Shown here piece by piece: positions 12,015 through 24,905 of a stretch of DNA of 64,000 nucleotides (positions are counted from its first letter, which is position 1; every line of letters starts with the position of its first letter). Origin of the DNA: Vicugna vicugna (Eukaryota); NCBI GenBank assembly GCA_013265495.1, contig MU058584.1, positions 1,648,616 to 1,712,615 of the forward strand, written 5' to 3'. The notes below the pieces were generated by a model. It searched no databases. It was not told where the DNA came from and saw only the letters and a program-made list of their open reading frames with translations. The translations under genes and the position numbers were made by a program.

Positions 12015-14280
12015 TTGAAAGAAGCTGATTTAGCTATACTAACATAAGACAGAATAGCCTTTAGTCAAGAAGCATTAATAGAGATAAAGGGAGATTTAAT
12101 AATGATAAAATGTTCACTCTATCAGGAAGGCATAATTATAAATTTATACATTTCTGATTATGAAATAAAATGAACAGATTTAAAAGGAAATAGACAAATT
12201 CACAATTGTAGAGTGAGTCTTTAACTTAGGTCTCAGTAAGTAACAGAAAAAAGTACACAAAGTATATAGACTATTTGAACAATATAATTTAAAAAGTTTG
12301 ACCTAATTGACATGTTTAAAACACTACATCCAACAACTGCAAAACACACATTCTCTTCAAGTTCACATGAAATATTATAGTATGAATATATACCACACAT
12401 GTGCTGGGGCAAAACATAAGGTTCAGCATATTTCATAAGAGTGAGTTTATCCAGTATATGTTATCATATTGTATTGAATTAAAAATATAACTTAAAAGTG
12501 CTATAGTTCAGCTAAGCAGTGCTTAAAGGAAAATTTATAGTTTGAAATTGATACAGCAAAAGAAAGGAAGAAAAGCTGAAAATCAGTGACAAATTTTCTA
12601 CCTCAAGAAGTTAGAAATAGAAGGAAATAGAAGATGGGAAAAGATACAAGCAGAGATTAATAAAATAAAAACAAAGGAACCATAAAAAATAAAGACAAAA
12701 GCTGATTTTTGGAAAAATATTTTTAAAATAGCACAAAAACCCAAGTTAGAAAAAGGCAGTACAGGTTGTTAACATCAGAAATGAAAAAGAGAACATCCTT
12801 AAAGAGTTATTACAGACATCAAAAAGATAAAAGGAAGTGTTATAAAACCTCAAAAATTCCTGTTAAAAATCACAACATATTAGGACTGACAAATCAGAAG
12901 TAGACAATTTGGAAAATCTTACATATGATTATGCAGTTAAGTATTTCCCAAGATGAAATCTATAAGCCCAAATCAATTTAATGGTGAATTCTTTCCAATA
13001 TTTAAGAAAGAAATAATGGTGATCTTATTTCTGTATCCTGAAAACATTTGTTTCACAACATAGAAACAACATAGAAATGTTCCTAAAATATATAACAGAA
13101 AAATACAAAAGATGAGAAACTCTTCCAAATCTTTTAAACAAGGTTACATGTAACCTTATTACCAAAACCTGAGCAGGACTCTGTAAGACAGGATAATTTG
13201 CACAAATTTCTCTTAAGATTATATACTAAGAACCTAAATAAAATTGGTAGATATAAAAATATCTACCAATAATACTTTTGTTTACCTTTGTCCTACAGTC
13301 CCAGATAATGCATATAAAAGAAAAAAGAAAATATACAAAAATTGGAAAAGAAGAAATACAATTATCATTAATTGCAGACAACTTGATGAATTAAAACACC
13401 CAAAGAATCTAATCTAAATATAACTAGTTAATTGATATAGCAAGGTCACTGGATATAACGCTAATATATAAAAAATCAATTATAATTCCGTATGTCAATG
13501 AAAAATTAGAAAATGAAATTAAAATAATACTATTTACAGACATTTTGAAAAACATAAAAACCTAGGAATTAATTTAGCAAAACATGCATAAGATATGAAA
13601 AAACTATGTAACATTTTTACTGGTATAAAAGAAGATGTAAATAAATTGAGAGAAATGTCTCATTTCTAAATTGGAAGATTCAATATTGGAAAGACAGCAG
13701 TCTGTCCCGTATTTACCAATACATTCTGTCTAATCTCAATCAAATTCCCAGCAGACTTTAAGTGGAATTACAAGTGAAAATGCAAAAGCTAAGAGTAGCC
13801 AGATTATCTTGAGAAAGAATAACAAAATTTAGAGAACTTATTTTGTCTGATATCAAGATCTATAAAGTTAAAAGAATTAAAACACTATTGATAGGTAGAA
13901 AAATGGACAATCTACTCAAGTAAAATAGAAATTCTAAACACAAAAACACATTTTTGCAGTAATACAGAATTTTTTATGGTAAAAATAATGCTGCAGTGCA
14001 AAAGAGAAAGAAAAATCACACAGAAATTTTACTTATTTACTTGAATAAACATAAGGTTAAAAAAAGAATCTTGACCTTCACCTCACTGCATACATACAAT
14101 TCATTACTAGTTTAATTGTAAATCTAAAATCTAAAATAATAAAGTTATTTGAAGATAGCATAAGATATCTTTGTGATGTTAGGGTGGATGAAGGTTTTCT
14201 TTGAAAGGCAGTATTGTAATAGAAAAGACTGAAAACTGTGTTACGTTAAATGAAAAATATACGTGCACAAAAGACACCAT
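12015..14280 (+). mobile_element. Old L1 (L1ME-like) ORF2, endonuclease to C-terminal region, highly decayed
   Basis: A-rich sense ORF2 debris ('aataatgataaaa', 'gacctaattgacatgtttaaaacactacatccaacaactgcaaaacacacattctcttcaag', 'aatctcaatcaaattcccagcag'). Confidence 0.85.
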
Positions 14281-14615
14281 CACCGAGACCAAGGTCATGA
14301 CACTTTCCCCTTTGTTTCCTTCTAGGAATTTAACAGTTTCAAGTTTTACATTTAGGTCTTTAACCCATTTTGAGTTGATTTTTGCGTACGGTGTAAAATA
14401 ATGGTCCAATTTCATTCTTTTGCATGTGAATACATACAGTTTTCTTAACACGATTTGTTGAAGGGACCATTATTCTTTTCCCATTGCGTATTCTTAGCAC
14501 GTTTGTCAAAGATCAGTTGAGCATATATGCATGGGTTTATTTCTGATCCCTGTATTCTATTCCATTGGTCTATATGTCTGTTTTTATGCCAGTACCATAC
14601 TGTTTTAATTACTGT
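14281..14615 (-). mobile_element. Inverted 5' segment of an L1MA9-like insertion (twin priming)
   Basis: Minus-strand ORF2 peptides [18 protein letters not shown] and [27 protein letters not shown]. Confidence 0.9.
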
Positions 14616-15639
14616 TCTTGAATATGACAGCAAAAGCACAAGATACAAAAGCAAAAATGGACAGTTGGGACTACATCAAACCAAAAAGTTTCTGCACAGC
14701 AAAGGGAGCAATCCATAGAGTGAAAATGGGGGAAAATCTGAACCATATGTCTTATAATGATTTAATATCCAAAATATATAAGAAACCCTTACAATGCCAT
14801 AGTTTAAAAAACAACCTGATTAAAAAATGGTCAGAGGACTTGAATATATATTCCTCTAAAGAAAACAAACAAATGGAGAACAGGTACATGAAAAAGTGCT
14901 CAATGTCATTTATCATCAGGAAAGTGCAAACAAAACCACAATGAGATATCAGGTCACACTTGTTAAGATGGCTATTAACAAAAAAATAAGATGAGTGTCA
15001 GTGAGGATGTGAACAAATTGGAACCCTTGCACACTGCTGTTAAAATGTGAAATGGCATCCACTATGGGCAACAATATGAAAATTCCTCAAAATATTAAAA
15101 ATGGAGCTACCATATATTCCAGCAATCTCACTTCTGGTTATGTAGCCAAAGGAGATGAAATCACCTTTGAAATAATCTGAAAGAAGTATATGCACTCTCC
15201 TATTCTTGCAGCATTATCCACAATAGCCAAAACACAGACACAACTTAAATGTCCATTGATGGATGAGTGGATAAAGAAAGTGTAGCATATACACACAGTG
15301 GAATACTATTCAGCCTTTAAAAGGAAGGAAATCCTGCTGTGTGCAGCAAAATGAATGGACCTTGAGGGCATCATGCTGAGTAAAGTAAGCCAGTCACAGA
15401 ACAACTACTGCATGAGTCCACTTATGTGAGGTATCTAAAATAGTCGAACCCATAGAAGTAGAGAGTAGAATAGTGAGAGCTAGGGGTAGGCATGGGGAAA
15501 ATGGGAAGTTGGTCAACAGCTATAAAGTTTCTGTCATGTAAAATGAATAAATGCTAGAGATCTTCCATATAGTATAGTGCTTATAGTTAACAATGAGGGT
15601 AGATCTCATGTTAAGGATTGTTACTACAAAAAAAAAAAA
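14616..15639 (+). mobile_element. Non-inverted 3' segment of the same L1MA9-like insertion, with poly(A)
   Basis: ORF2 peptide [28 protein letters not shown]1MA 3' UTR 'gagggtagatctcatgttaag', A-tract at 15628-15639. Confidence 0.9.
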
Positions 15640-16512
15640 GACATTAAGAGAGTGAAGAAACAAACAACCTAGTGGAAGATGTTTGTCATAGATATATTCA
15701 AAATAAGACTCATAACCTATATAAATAAAGGACTTCTACAAATCGATGGAAGAAGTACAAATTTCCAATAAGGAACATCCAAATGGCCAATAATATTTGA
15801 AAAATTGCTCATTCTCAGCAGACATTAGGCAAATGCAAATTAAAACCACATTGAACTCAATATACACTCATCAGAGACGCTTAATTAAAAAAAAGAACTA
15901 ACAGTGCTGAAATTGATGGGAATGCTGAGCAGCTAGAAATCTCACGCACTACCTGTAGGAGTATAAATTGGTCCAACCACTTTGGAAAACATCTTTGCAG
16001 TATCAAATAAAGCTAAGCAGACATATGGCTACAATCCAGTAAATTCACTCCAAGATATATGACAAACAAAATCGCATTTTTATGTCTACCCAAAAGTCAT
16101 GTAGAAATACGTAGCCCAATCTCTATAGAACAGATAAATTAATATTAGTTTATTTATATAAATTCAATAGTGCTATATTTATACAATGGAACATTGTACA
16201 CCAATGAGAAAACAAAATACTGCTACACACAAGAATGAGGAAACTCACAACCATAAAATTGAGCAAAGGAAGCTCATTATAGTGCTGTACTGTATGTTCA
16301 ATTTACACAATATTCAGAATCAGGTAAAAGTAATTAGCTGTGATAGAAGTCAGGAAAGCTACCAGGAGAGGGCCAATATTGTGCTATTTATTGATCTAAG
16401 GGGTGTTTATAAGAGTGTGTTCAAGTTTGTAAAATTTCATTCAACTGTGCAGTTGTGATTTGTTCATTTTTTCAAGTATATATGTTGTACTATATTGAAG
16501 AGTTTATTTCAA
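15640..16512 (+). mobile_element. Old L1ME-like ORF2 end and 3' UTR (host element resumes)
   Basis: 'aaatgcaaattaaaaccaca', 'gtataaattggtccaaccactttggaaaac', L1ME 3' UTR 'ttgtaaaatttcattcaactgtgc'. Confidence 0.8.
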
Positions 16513-16779
16513 ATTATTACATGTATGATCATAAAACTTAACATATAAAGGAGCCTATAAAATATATAGGGGAATAATCAAATAGCTCATAAGGTTACTA
16601 TTGTTTTAGTGACAGCCTCCAATTGATACTGTTTCAAAAATATTTGTTCTCTTTGCTTTCCCCCTGGAATTCTGGAAATTTTTCCCATTCAGTAAATACT
16701 CACAAAAACACAATTTCTAAGAGTTGTCTAATACTTCCCTCTCTAAATGCAACTGGCTTTCTTAACTGATCCCATATTG

Positions 16780-17410
16780 TAAGACACCTAGATTGCTTTT
16801 ATTTCCCTAATTTTAAATGCATCTCTAAATATTCTTTTACAAAAATCTGAATTTGAATTTTTAATTATTCCCCCAGAAATAATTCCTAGATCACAATTTA
16901 TGGATTTTTGAGCCTCTGTAAAATGGAAAATTGCTAACCCAACAGACTGTGTAAAATTAACTGCCACAAATGGCACAGAACTTACATTACACTTGCACTA
17001 GCACTAATAATTACTCTATTAAACTTTGTCAAATTAACAAATGAAAATTGTTTTATACTTTAACTCATATTTCATTGACTTCTAGTGGACTTCAGTATGT
17101 TACAGCAAAAGGCATTCTTATTTCTTTTCTTATAAATTAACTCTCCATCCTTCCTCTCCCCTTTTCTTTCTAATGAGATATCTTCTTTTTTTCCTAATGT
17201 TCTGTAAAGTTTTTTTTATATAATAAAGATGTCTACACTTTGCCATATATATTACAATTTTTTTTCCATTTGACAGCTGATTTTCAAGTTTGTTTATGGT
17301 GTTTTGGGCTATAGAAAGCTTAAATGTTTATGTAGTTGAAATAATTTCCTCTGTGTTTTCTTTTGTTGACTCTATGTGTAGAAAAGTCCCTGGCCATTTC
17401 AAATCAGTTT
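16780..17410 (-). mobile_element. Very old L1ME fragments
   Basis: T-rich antisense L1-like motifs ('aataattcctaga', 'ttgtttatggtgttttg', 'tttatgtagttgaaat'). Confidence 0.5.
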
Positions 17411-17416
17411 AATGTA

Positions 17417-17871
17417 TGTGATAGTCAATTTTATACGTAAACTTGACTGGGTCACAGGAGGTCTGGATATTTGGTTAAACATTATTCTGGGTGTGTCTAT
17501 CAGGATGTTTTGGGGTGAGATTAACATTTGACACAGTAGACTGAGTAAACTAGATTGCTCTTCTCAATGTGGGTGGGCCACATCCAATCAGTTGAAGACC
17601 TGAATAGCATAAAAGACTGAGTAAGAAATAATTGTCTTTCTGACTTCAAGCTGGGACATGGGTATTCTCCTACCATCAGACTCAGATTTGGTCTGGAAAT
17701 ATAAAATCAACTCTCCTGGGCCTTCAGCTTGCTGACTATGGATCTTAAGACTTCTTAGCTTCCATAATCATGTGAGCTAATTCCCTATAATATATATATA
17801 TGAATCTATGTAATTATACATAAATATATATAACATATAACTGTTTCTGTTTCTCTGAAGAACACTTATAA
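17417..17871 (+). mobile_element. MLT2 (ERVL) solo LTR
   Basis: 'tgtgatagtcaattttatacgtaaacttgactgggtcaca...aacattattctgggtgtgtct...tccataatcatgtgagctaattcc' with an internal (TA)n tract; possible TSD atgta/atgtg. Confidence 0.88.
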
Positions 17872-18569
17872 ATGTGCATTTATTTTTCTTCTATTTTGAT
17901 TCTTCTTTTTTTTTTCTTTTACATTTAATTTTTAAATCTACATGGAGATAAAAGCAGATAAAAGCAAACCTCTCCCTTATTGTTCTTTCTCTGAATAGCT
18001 GTTCTCTCACTTCCTTCTTCCTCTGAAACTAAGCTCAAACGTTCTTTCCTCTGTGCCATCACTGTATCAAGTACTTACCTCATTTTCTGTTCTTATTCCC
18101 TAAGGACTAGACCCCATCACTCTTCCCACAGCTATGCCTGGTACTCTGATCCTTTCTCTAAATACCTAGATTTCCCTTTGACCACTCCCATTAGGGGGAC
18201 CCCTGCTATCGTGTACTGCTTACAAAAAGATGACCTGATTATTAACCTCACCTACATCAAACCCAGTCTCAGCATGTTTCTTTAGAATTTTCATCCCAGC
18301 CCTACTGGTAAGATGTCCAAAGTCCGAGATTTCTTCTATTTAACCATTATTAATTCTCTCTCTGTCTCTCTCTCCTGGTCTGCTGAACTACTCCCCACTT
18401 AACACGAATGGTGACAATATGCACCACCGTATAGCCAGAGGCCTAGGAGAACTTTGGAAAAGTCACTTAAAGGGCTTGAACATCAGTTTATTCATTTGAA
18501 AATTGTAATAATTCCAAACCACATCAAAAATTGTTCTGGACTTCAAGTGAAAAAAAAAATAAACATAAG

Positions 18570-18672
18570 GGAATGTTGCCACATAAAATAGAGGACCCTC
18601 TGTTAAATTTGAATTTCAGGAAACCAACACACGTTTTAGTATAAGTATGTTCCATGCAATAGCTGGAAACCT
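18570..18672 (+). mobile_element. MER53-like hAT MITE
   Basis: 'gttgccacataaaatagaggac...gttaaatttgaatttcag...tagtataagtatgttccatgcaata...ctggaaacc'. Confidence 0.75.
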
Positions 18673-21189
18673 TAATATGAGGGCACGTTATAATGTGGTA
18701 AGGCACTATTCACCGATAAAAGGAATAAGATGAAGATAGAGAAGAAACAGAGAACAGCTCATCATACTGTTTGTGTTTTTTTCTATTTGTCTACATTGGG
18801 TCATTATGATCCTAAATGATACCCATTCCAATTGAGATAAAAAGTCAAAGTTAATAGTGAAGGATGTGGCTGGTAAAGCAACTTTGTTCTTACTACCCCA
18901 GATGATGCAGAGCCAGCTTACTAAGTCATTCCACCTTCAATCCCTTGTCCCTTAAAAATATATTCCTTCTGGGGGACTGAAGTGTTGAGGACAAAGGGAC
19001 TGGAAGGGGACTTAGCAAGAGAGAAGGAATAAAATACTCTTTCCCCAAAGTTCTCTGCTGAATCCGATCTTGTGTTATTCTCTTGCTCATTGTGACAGCT
19101 GTGCTGCCCAAGGCAATGCTGATTCATTCTCAAATTAAAACAATAAAATTTACTAACAACTCTCCAAATCCTCCAGCTAAGAGATCTATAAGCCGTTTCC
19201 TCTTTCCCTAAACTCCCCGAAATTACTTCTTCATCTCTTTTTCCTTTTTAACTACAGAATTTAAGTACTCCTCTAAAATCTTAGAACTCTATTTCTTCTC
19301 CCAGTTGGCTCTTAGCCTTGGTTTTGCTCAGTGTTTATTCCTTTTCCCTGAAAAGGGCAGAGGCCGGAATCAGACAGACACAGACTCTGATCCTTGCTCC
19401 CCCACTTACCAGCAGTGAGCTTGTGAGGGATACTCACATAGTGTTCCCTGAAAAGAGTGTTAATTTTCTCACTCATATAAATACACTTTATAATAAATTG
19501 CAGAAATTTTCTGGCAATGCTGCAATCAAACACACAAAAGGGTTTACTGGATCACTCAACCACTGTTTCAGGCCAAGGATCCATTTTTTTGAAACTCCCA
19601 TGCAAGTCTGCCTCCAGAACAGAGGAGAAACATCTACACATTGTATCCTTTGCGTTAAAGGCAGAGAAACAAATCAGAAAATCTAGGAGATGGAGAGAAA
19701 CAAATGTTTCAGAGTGAACAAAAGCCTCATCCCAAGGGCACATTTGGAAATGCTGATGCCAACAGATTTACTTAAAGCAGTGTTTTCATGGAATTGAAAT
19801 TAACAACGAATAGGATCTTTTACGTATTCAGAGAGAGAGAGTTTTCTTGTGTCACCTTTTTGTATGATGAGGTCCTCAAAGCCATCTCTCCTAAGACATT
19901 CTGTATTGTATTTGTATTAGTCAGATTTTTCAAAGGACATTCACAGGTATAGGCCGATTATATCTCACAGTTACCTTATGAAGTAAGCAGGGCTAATATT
20001 ATTACCCTTGCTTAGCAAATGAAGTAGTTGGAAATTGCAGGGAATTAATGTGAGAGGGGAATACACGTAGGAAGCGGCAGACTCATGTAGGCTGTGTGTG
20101 TTCAAATGCATAATAGATGCTGCAGGTGGAATTCTTGCTTGGGGGGAACGGTGTAATACAACCCTCCAAGATGCTATAAGACTTGCTGCATTCATGGGGG
20201 GGTGGTTTCTCCGTCCGCCATGTTTATGTTATCCTCTAGTTAAGTAACATACTTGATTCCATATTTAGATAAAATATTGGAAAACCTTTACTCCCTAATG
20301 CAGTGTGAATTAGAAGAACAGCATTATGTAGGAGGAAAAATGATTATAAACTGAGACCTTGGAAACGTGATTTCTCGTCTCAGTACCACTATGATTGGTC
20401 TTGAAGTGGTCATCTACCCCTTTGGAACTCATTCTCTTCATCAGAAAAACTGGGCAGGATGCCTTTGATGATCTTAAAGGAGGACCCCACCCTCCTGCTT
20501 CCATCTCCATTGTAATAGAAGTCTAACAAAACATTCTTCAGTGCTTATGTACACCCCCCCCAAAAATATCTTCTATCATCATAATCTCTTTGCCTCCACC
20601 TTTCCAAACTGTTATCAGTCAATTTGTGGCATCTCTGTATGACTTTACTAACGTAGAACTGGTAATAAATTTATAACTTATAAGCCTAAAAAACCACAAT
20701 CATAGATATGATCTTGGACAGATATTCACTAGACTCTAAGTGCCAAGCACTAGAGATGAAACAGAATCTACCTCCAAGGCATCTCTCAGAATTGTTTTGT
20801 GCCTTCATGGAGTTTCCAGCCTCACAAGGAGAATAAGCACTGAGAAACACAGGACAATATCAAATGCTGCTGAAAAGTCAAGAAAAATTAAGCCTGGAAT
20901 GTTGCATGGAGAATTTCCTAAACAAGAAGGTAATTATCTTGCTTTAAAGAAGATGTGGAGGCCATACTGAATATGTTTATATTTAGAAATGTAATATGAC
21001 CTGACAGTAAAAATGGGTGTTTTCCTCTGTATTTCTAAACTTTACCACTGTAGGCATAATAAATCCACTGGACCAAAATTATTAAGCCACACTCCTCACA
21101 CCAACACACATAGTAACCCAACATTTAACCTCTTTTCTGAGCCTATCATCAGAACTGCAGTAAATATTTGTCATGTTTTTCTCTTTAGC

Positions 21190-21792
21190 CATAAACATTG
21201 ACCCTCTTTTTGAGGAACTTTTGATCTCCACTTTTCCAAGACAGAAGCCAGAAAGTCTATTTTTCTGGCCTTCTCTGCAAGTAGAGTGCAAATATAAGAT
21301 CTGGGTGCCGCCTGCCAAAACCACCTGCTGGAAAATATGAATATATTGGATTATTCTTTCAACTTTTCTCCAGGTTTAATTTTTTTGCTAAATATAATAG
21401 TAAGGTGGAGGACACCTGCTGGAGATTCTGGCTGAGACGTGAGCCACATGAGGAAAGAATGAGATCACGTGGAATCCACATTCTGGTGAAGGTACTGGCA
21501 AAATCATCAAGCTTGGGACTATCATAGGTCAGCAAAGTCAATATTGGGCACAGTCGTGGTGGACTTGCCAACTAAAACATCCTGTGTTCAAGAGCGTGGA
21601 ACCAACGCTTCCCTCATCAGATCAGCTCTGCAACTTGATTGTGGGTGTTCCTGGAATATAAGCTGAAGCTTGGTTGATCAACCCTCATATCTATTTCTTG
21701 AGATCCCCCAATATCATTTTCATTAAATCTTTTTCTACTTAATGAGCCAGAGCTTGTTTCATTGCTCACAGCTTAGAACCCTGACCCATACA
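21190..21792 (+). mobile_element. Old ERVL-type LTR (LTR33/LTR16-like)
   Basis: 3' end 'attaaatctttttctacttaatgagccagagcttgtttcattgctcacagcttagaaccctgacccataca'; 5' boundary approximate. Confidence 0.65.
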
Positions 21793-22229
21793 GGAGCCAA
21801 TAACTCATGAAGATCAATGGTTACTGATTATTCTATTCATAGATCTGGAGAAGGTTTACGAGTGAGCAGTAAACCTATTTTTGTTTTTAAACCAAGTAAG
21901 CAAAGGGAAGTACATGATAAAAGAACGAGTCCTGCTTTGCTGGAGAATTGCTGTGGTTGGTATCTACTTCCCATTTGTCAGATGATCCGCCTATTTCTTT
22001 TGAATTACTGCAAACAAGAGACTTTCCCTAGGTAGGGAAAACCATAGAGTCAGTATGGTCCAAAAGAGGACACTAACATCCCTTACACATCAACTATATC
22101 CATCCTAAGGGGAAAATACATGAACTAGAGGAGTGTCCGGCCCTGTGACAGGTACCTGGGATTGAATGAACAATGTTGGATTGTGTGCGTGAGGATTTAG
22201 AAGAACCATTAAATTTCATTTATCTAGAC

Positions 22230-22416
22230 CGGTAGTTCCCAAACTATAGTGAGGGTGAGAATCACCTGGAGAGCGTGTTAAAACACAGCTTCCTGAAATT
22301 CTGCTTCCTGAAATTCTGACGTAGTAGATCTGGAGTCAGAGCTGAGATTCTGCATTTCCAACAAGTTTCCAGGTGATGATGCTGCCATTTTGGAAATTAT
22401 ACCATGAGTAGCAAGG
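22230..22416. mobile_element. MER5A hAT-Charlie MITE
   Basis: 'gaatcacctggagagcgtgttaaaacacag...ctgcatttccaacaagtttccaggtgat'; 8-bp TSD atctagac / ctctagac. Confidence 0.88.
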
Positions 22417-22449
22417 CTCTAGACAACTTAAAAGTTATCTACAAGTTCC

Positions 22450-23150
22450 CCCTAGATTTGATGACAAACTACCCTTGGTGACCTAGAGTACAGAAGTTTT
22501 GGTGGCAGGGTGGAGGCAGAAGCCACATTAGTCATCTAAGAAATGAAAGGAAGTTAAGAGAATGGGGGCAACAAAGAAGTCTCTAAAATGCAGGGGAGAT
22601 GGGATGTAAAAGTTAGTAATACTCTGAAGGGCTAATAGGAAAGAGCCATTCGAGAGGGAGAGAATGAAATTATTGAAATAGAAGCATTAATTAATGAGCA
22701 AAATTCCTAGGGAGGCTAGAGAGGGTGGGACCCAGGGCACAGGTTAGGGATTTGTCCTTGACAAAAGGAGGCACCTCTTCCACCCTAACAAGTTGGAAGA
22801 GTAGGAGGATGTGTGCAGATTAGCACATTTGGTGTCAGGAAGTACAGGGTTCCTGTATGCTGGTCAGGAGGGAAGGTCGTTGTTGAGTATGGAAGCATAG
22901 GCAAGGCTGAAATATTTGAGGAATATGGGGGAAGTTGGAAACAGCCATGTGGGTTTAGATCATACAAGCAATAGATTAGGCACCAGAATCACTTGGCGTT
23001 GCTGAAGGTCCGAGTGACTCCAGGCTACAGGCTTTGTTGTTCTCTTTTCCAGCAGCACCTGATCCCGGATACAGATTCAAATAGAGTAGATAATTAAGTT
23101 CACTTAGAATTGGGGTTTTGCTGAGTTGGATGCAATGGATGGACAACAGA
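22450..23150 (-). mobile_element. L2 LINE fragments
   Basis: Purine-rich antisense L2 motifs ('ttggtgacct', 'ggaggcagaagccac', 'ggtgggacccagggcacagg'). Confidence 0.55.
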
Positions 23151-23914
23151 GATGGAGAATGTATTTCTTGAGGGTCTGATTTTTATATACTTGTTAAAGC
23201 AAGAAGAGAAGCAAGCCCTCTGTCTTGATGTTACGTCCAATATTGAAGAGAAACATTAAGCTTTTCATTTTTTTACCACTTGCAAACTGCTTAGCTAATA
23301 GTGGGTAAAGGCATTCATTAGCAGGGAGAAAAACTATATAAAGTGTGAATTTTGTAGTACATTAAAGCAAAACTTCAGTCTGCATTTTAAATCCCTGTTA
23401 TCAGGAACAACTATTAGAAGAATAATGAAATAAGTCATTTTCATGTATTTGTAAGACATATTCGTTCTTCTCAATCTCTTAGAAAGAGCAGCCTATACAA
23501 ATGAATTTAAGTGCTTTTTCATTAGTATAAATAAAACGTTAAGCAGTGTGAGGAATAGCTGTAAATACTGTTAGCTAAAGTACTTCCCGTAATCTTTTTC
23601 TTGAACTATGGTGGCAGTTAAAAGAACATTTCAATACTTGTTCTTTGTTAACGAACAGCATAAACTCGAAGAAGTAAAACCCCTTCTTTTGGAAAGCACA
23701 TGGCAGCCACAGTTGGAAGGTGGGATCTTGAAATGAATCTCTCCTTCCCATTTGATGCCCACAGGGTCAATGCATTTTACCTGGGGGAATGAAGTTCTTG
23801 CATTTTCACAGCTGCTCTTGACCCCTGACCTATGCTCCACTTTTGGCCAACATTCCTTCAAGGGCCTTTCTCCTTTTCTATTTCGCCATCTCAACAGAGA
23901 ATTAACTCCAAAAG

Positions 23915-24905
23915 CCCCATTAAGCCCTGCGAAGTCTTCCGTAATCTGGCCCCAGGCAACTTACCCTCCCCTCGTTAACTGTGTTCAAACTCCAGGAACC
24001 TCCTTCCTGAAGCAAGCCGAGTCTCTTGCGCTTTCTCCTGTCTCTGGCTGTTGATTCTTGGGGTTCCTTCTGTCTAGAACACTCTCCCTTCAGATATTCA
24101 CACAGCTCACTTCTCCAGTTAGTTTGGGTCTCACTTTTAAAGTCGCCTCCTCGTCCTATTCCCTTACTGTCCTATGGAAAACTCAGCCCCCATCACTCAC
24201 TCCTTTACTCTGTGTGCTAACGACTGCTTTTTGCAAAACTCCATCCTTTCCTTTTCCTGTAGAATTAGAGCCGCCCAGCTATACTGTAGAACCCCCCAAC
24301 CCCCACCTTTGCAGTTAGTCACTTTCATTACGTTCTTCCAGATGGAACGGAAATGGATGTGGTGGGTACCGCTCCCAAGCCAGCTGCATATGCCCTGGGT
24401 GTGCCTTCTTTTGCTCTTTCCCCTTCCTGCTGTCTAAGGCTCAATGGCCACCCAGTCACAATTATACCGATAACAACAAGGCGCTTGGGAATCGTGAAAC
24501 AACACAAAGGAGAAACTAGATCTATGAGTGACACGTGGCGCACAGTTGTCCACACCTAGAACATTCATCTCCAACTATTAAGCGGGAAAGACACAAACTT
24601 CTCTCTTCTTTAAGCCACTGACTTTGCATCAGATTTCTTTCTCATAGCAGCTTAGTCTTACCCCAACTTCCTTTGCTACATTTCTCGTCTAGAGCCCCTA
24701 TCACTACTTGACATGATCTCCTGTGTGTTTTTGCTTTTGTTTAGTTTCGTATGCTTATGTCTTCCTTCACTAAAATGTTGCTGAATGAGGGGAGTGACTC
24801 TGCACTGTCCCCCATTCTATTTCAGCATGTGGAACAGTGCCTAGCACGTGGTGGGCGCTCAGAAACCTGGGTGGTTAAGTGATGGGTGTGTAAATGAGTG
24901 TGGAG
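23915..24905 (+). mobile_element. L2 3' end interrupted by an MLT1 LTR
   Basis: 'ttccttctgtctagaacactctccc' and terminal 'aacagtgcctagcacgtggtgggcgctcagaaa'. Confidence 0.75.
24258..24668 (+). mobile_element. MaLR LTR (MLT1J-like) inside L2
   Basis: 'gcagttagtcact...gatggaacggaaatggatgtg' and 3' end 'tttaagccactga...catagcagcttagtcttacccc'. Confidence 0.65.

Noticed and set aside
14179..14944. ORFs 14179-14451, 14445-14654 and 14618-14944 as protein-coding genes
   Set aside because: They are fragments of L1 ORF2 in a truncated, inverted, disabled element.
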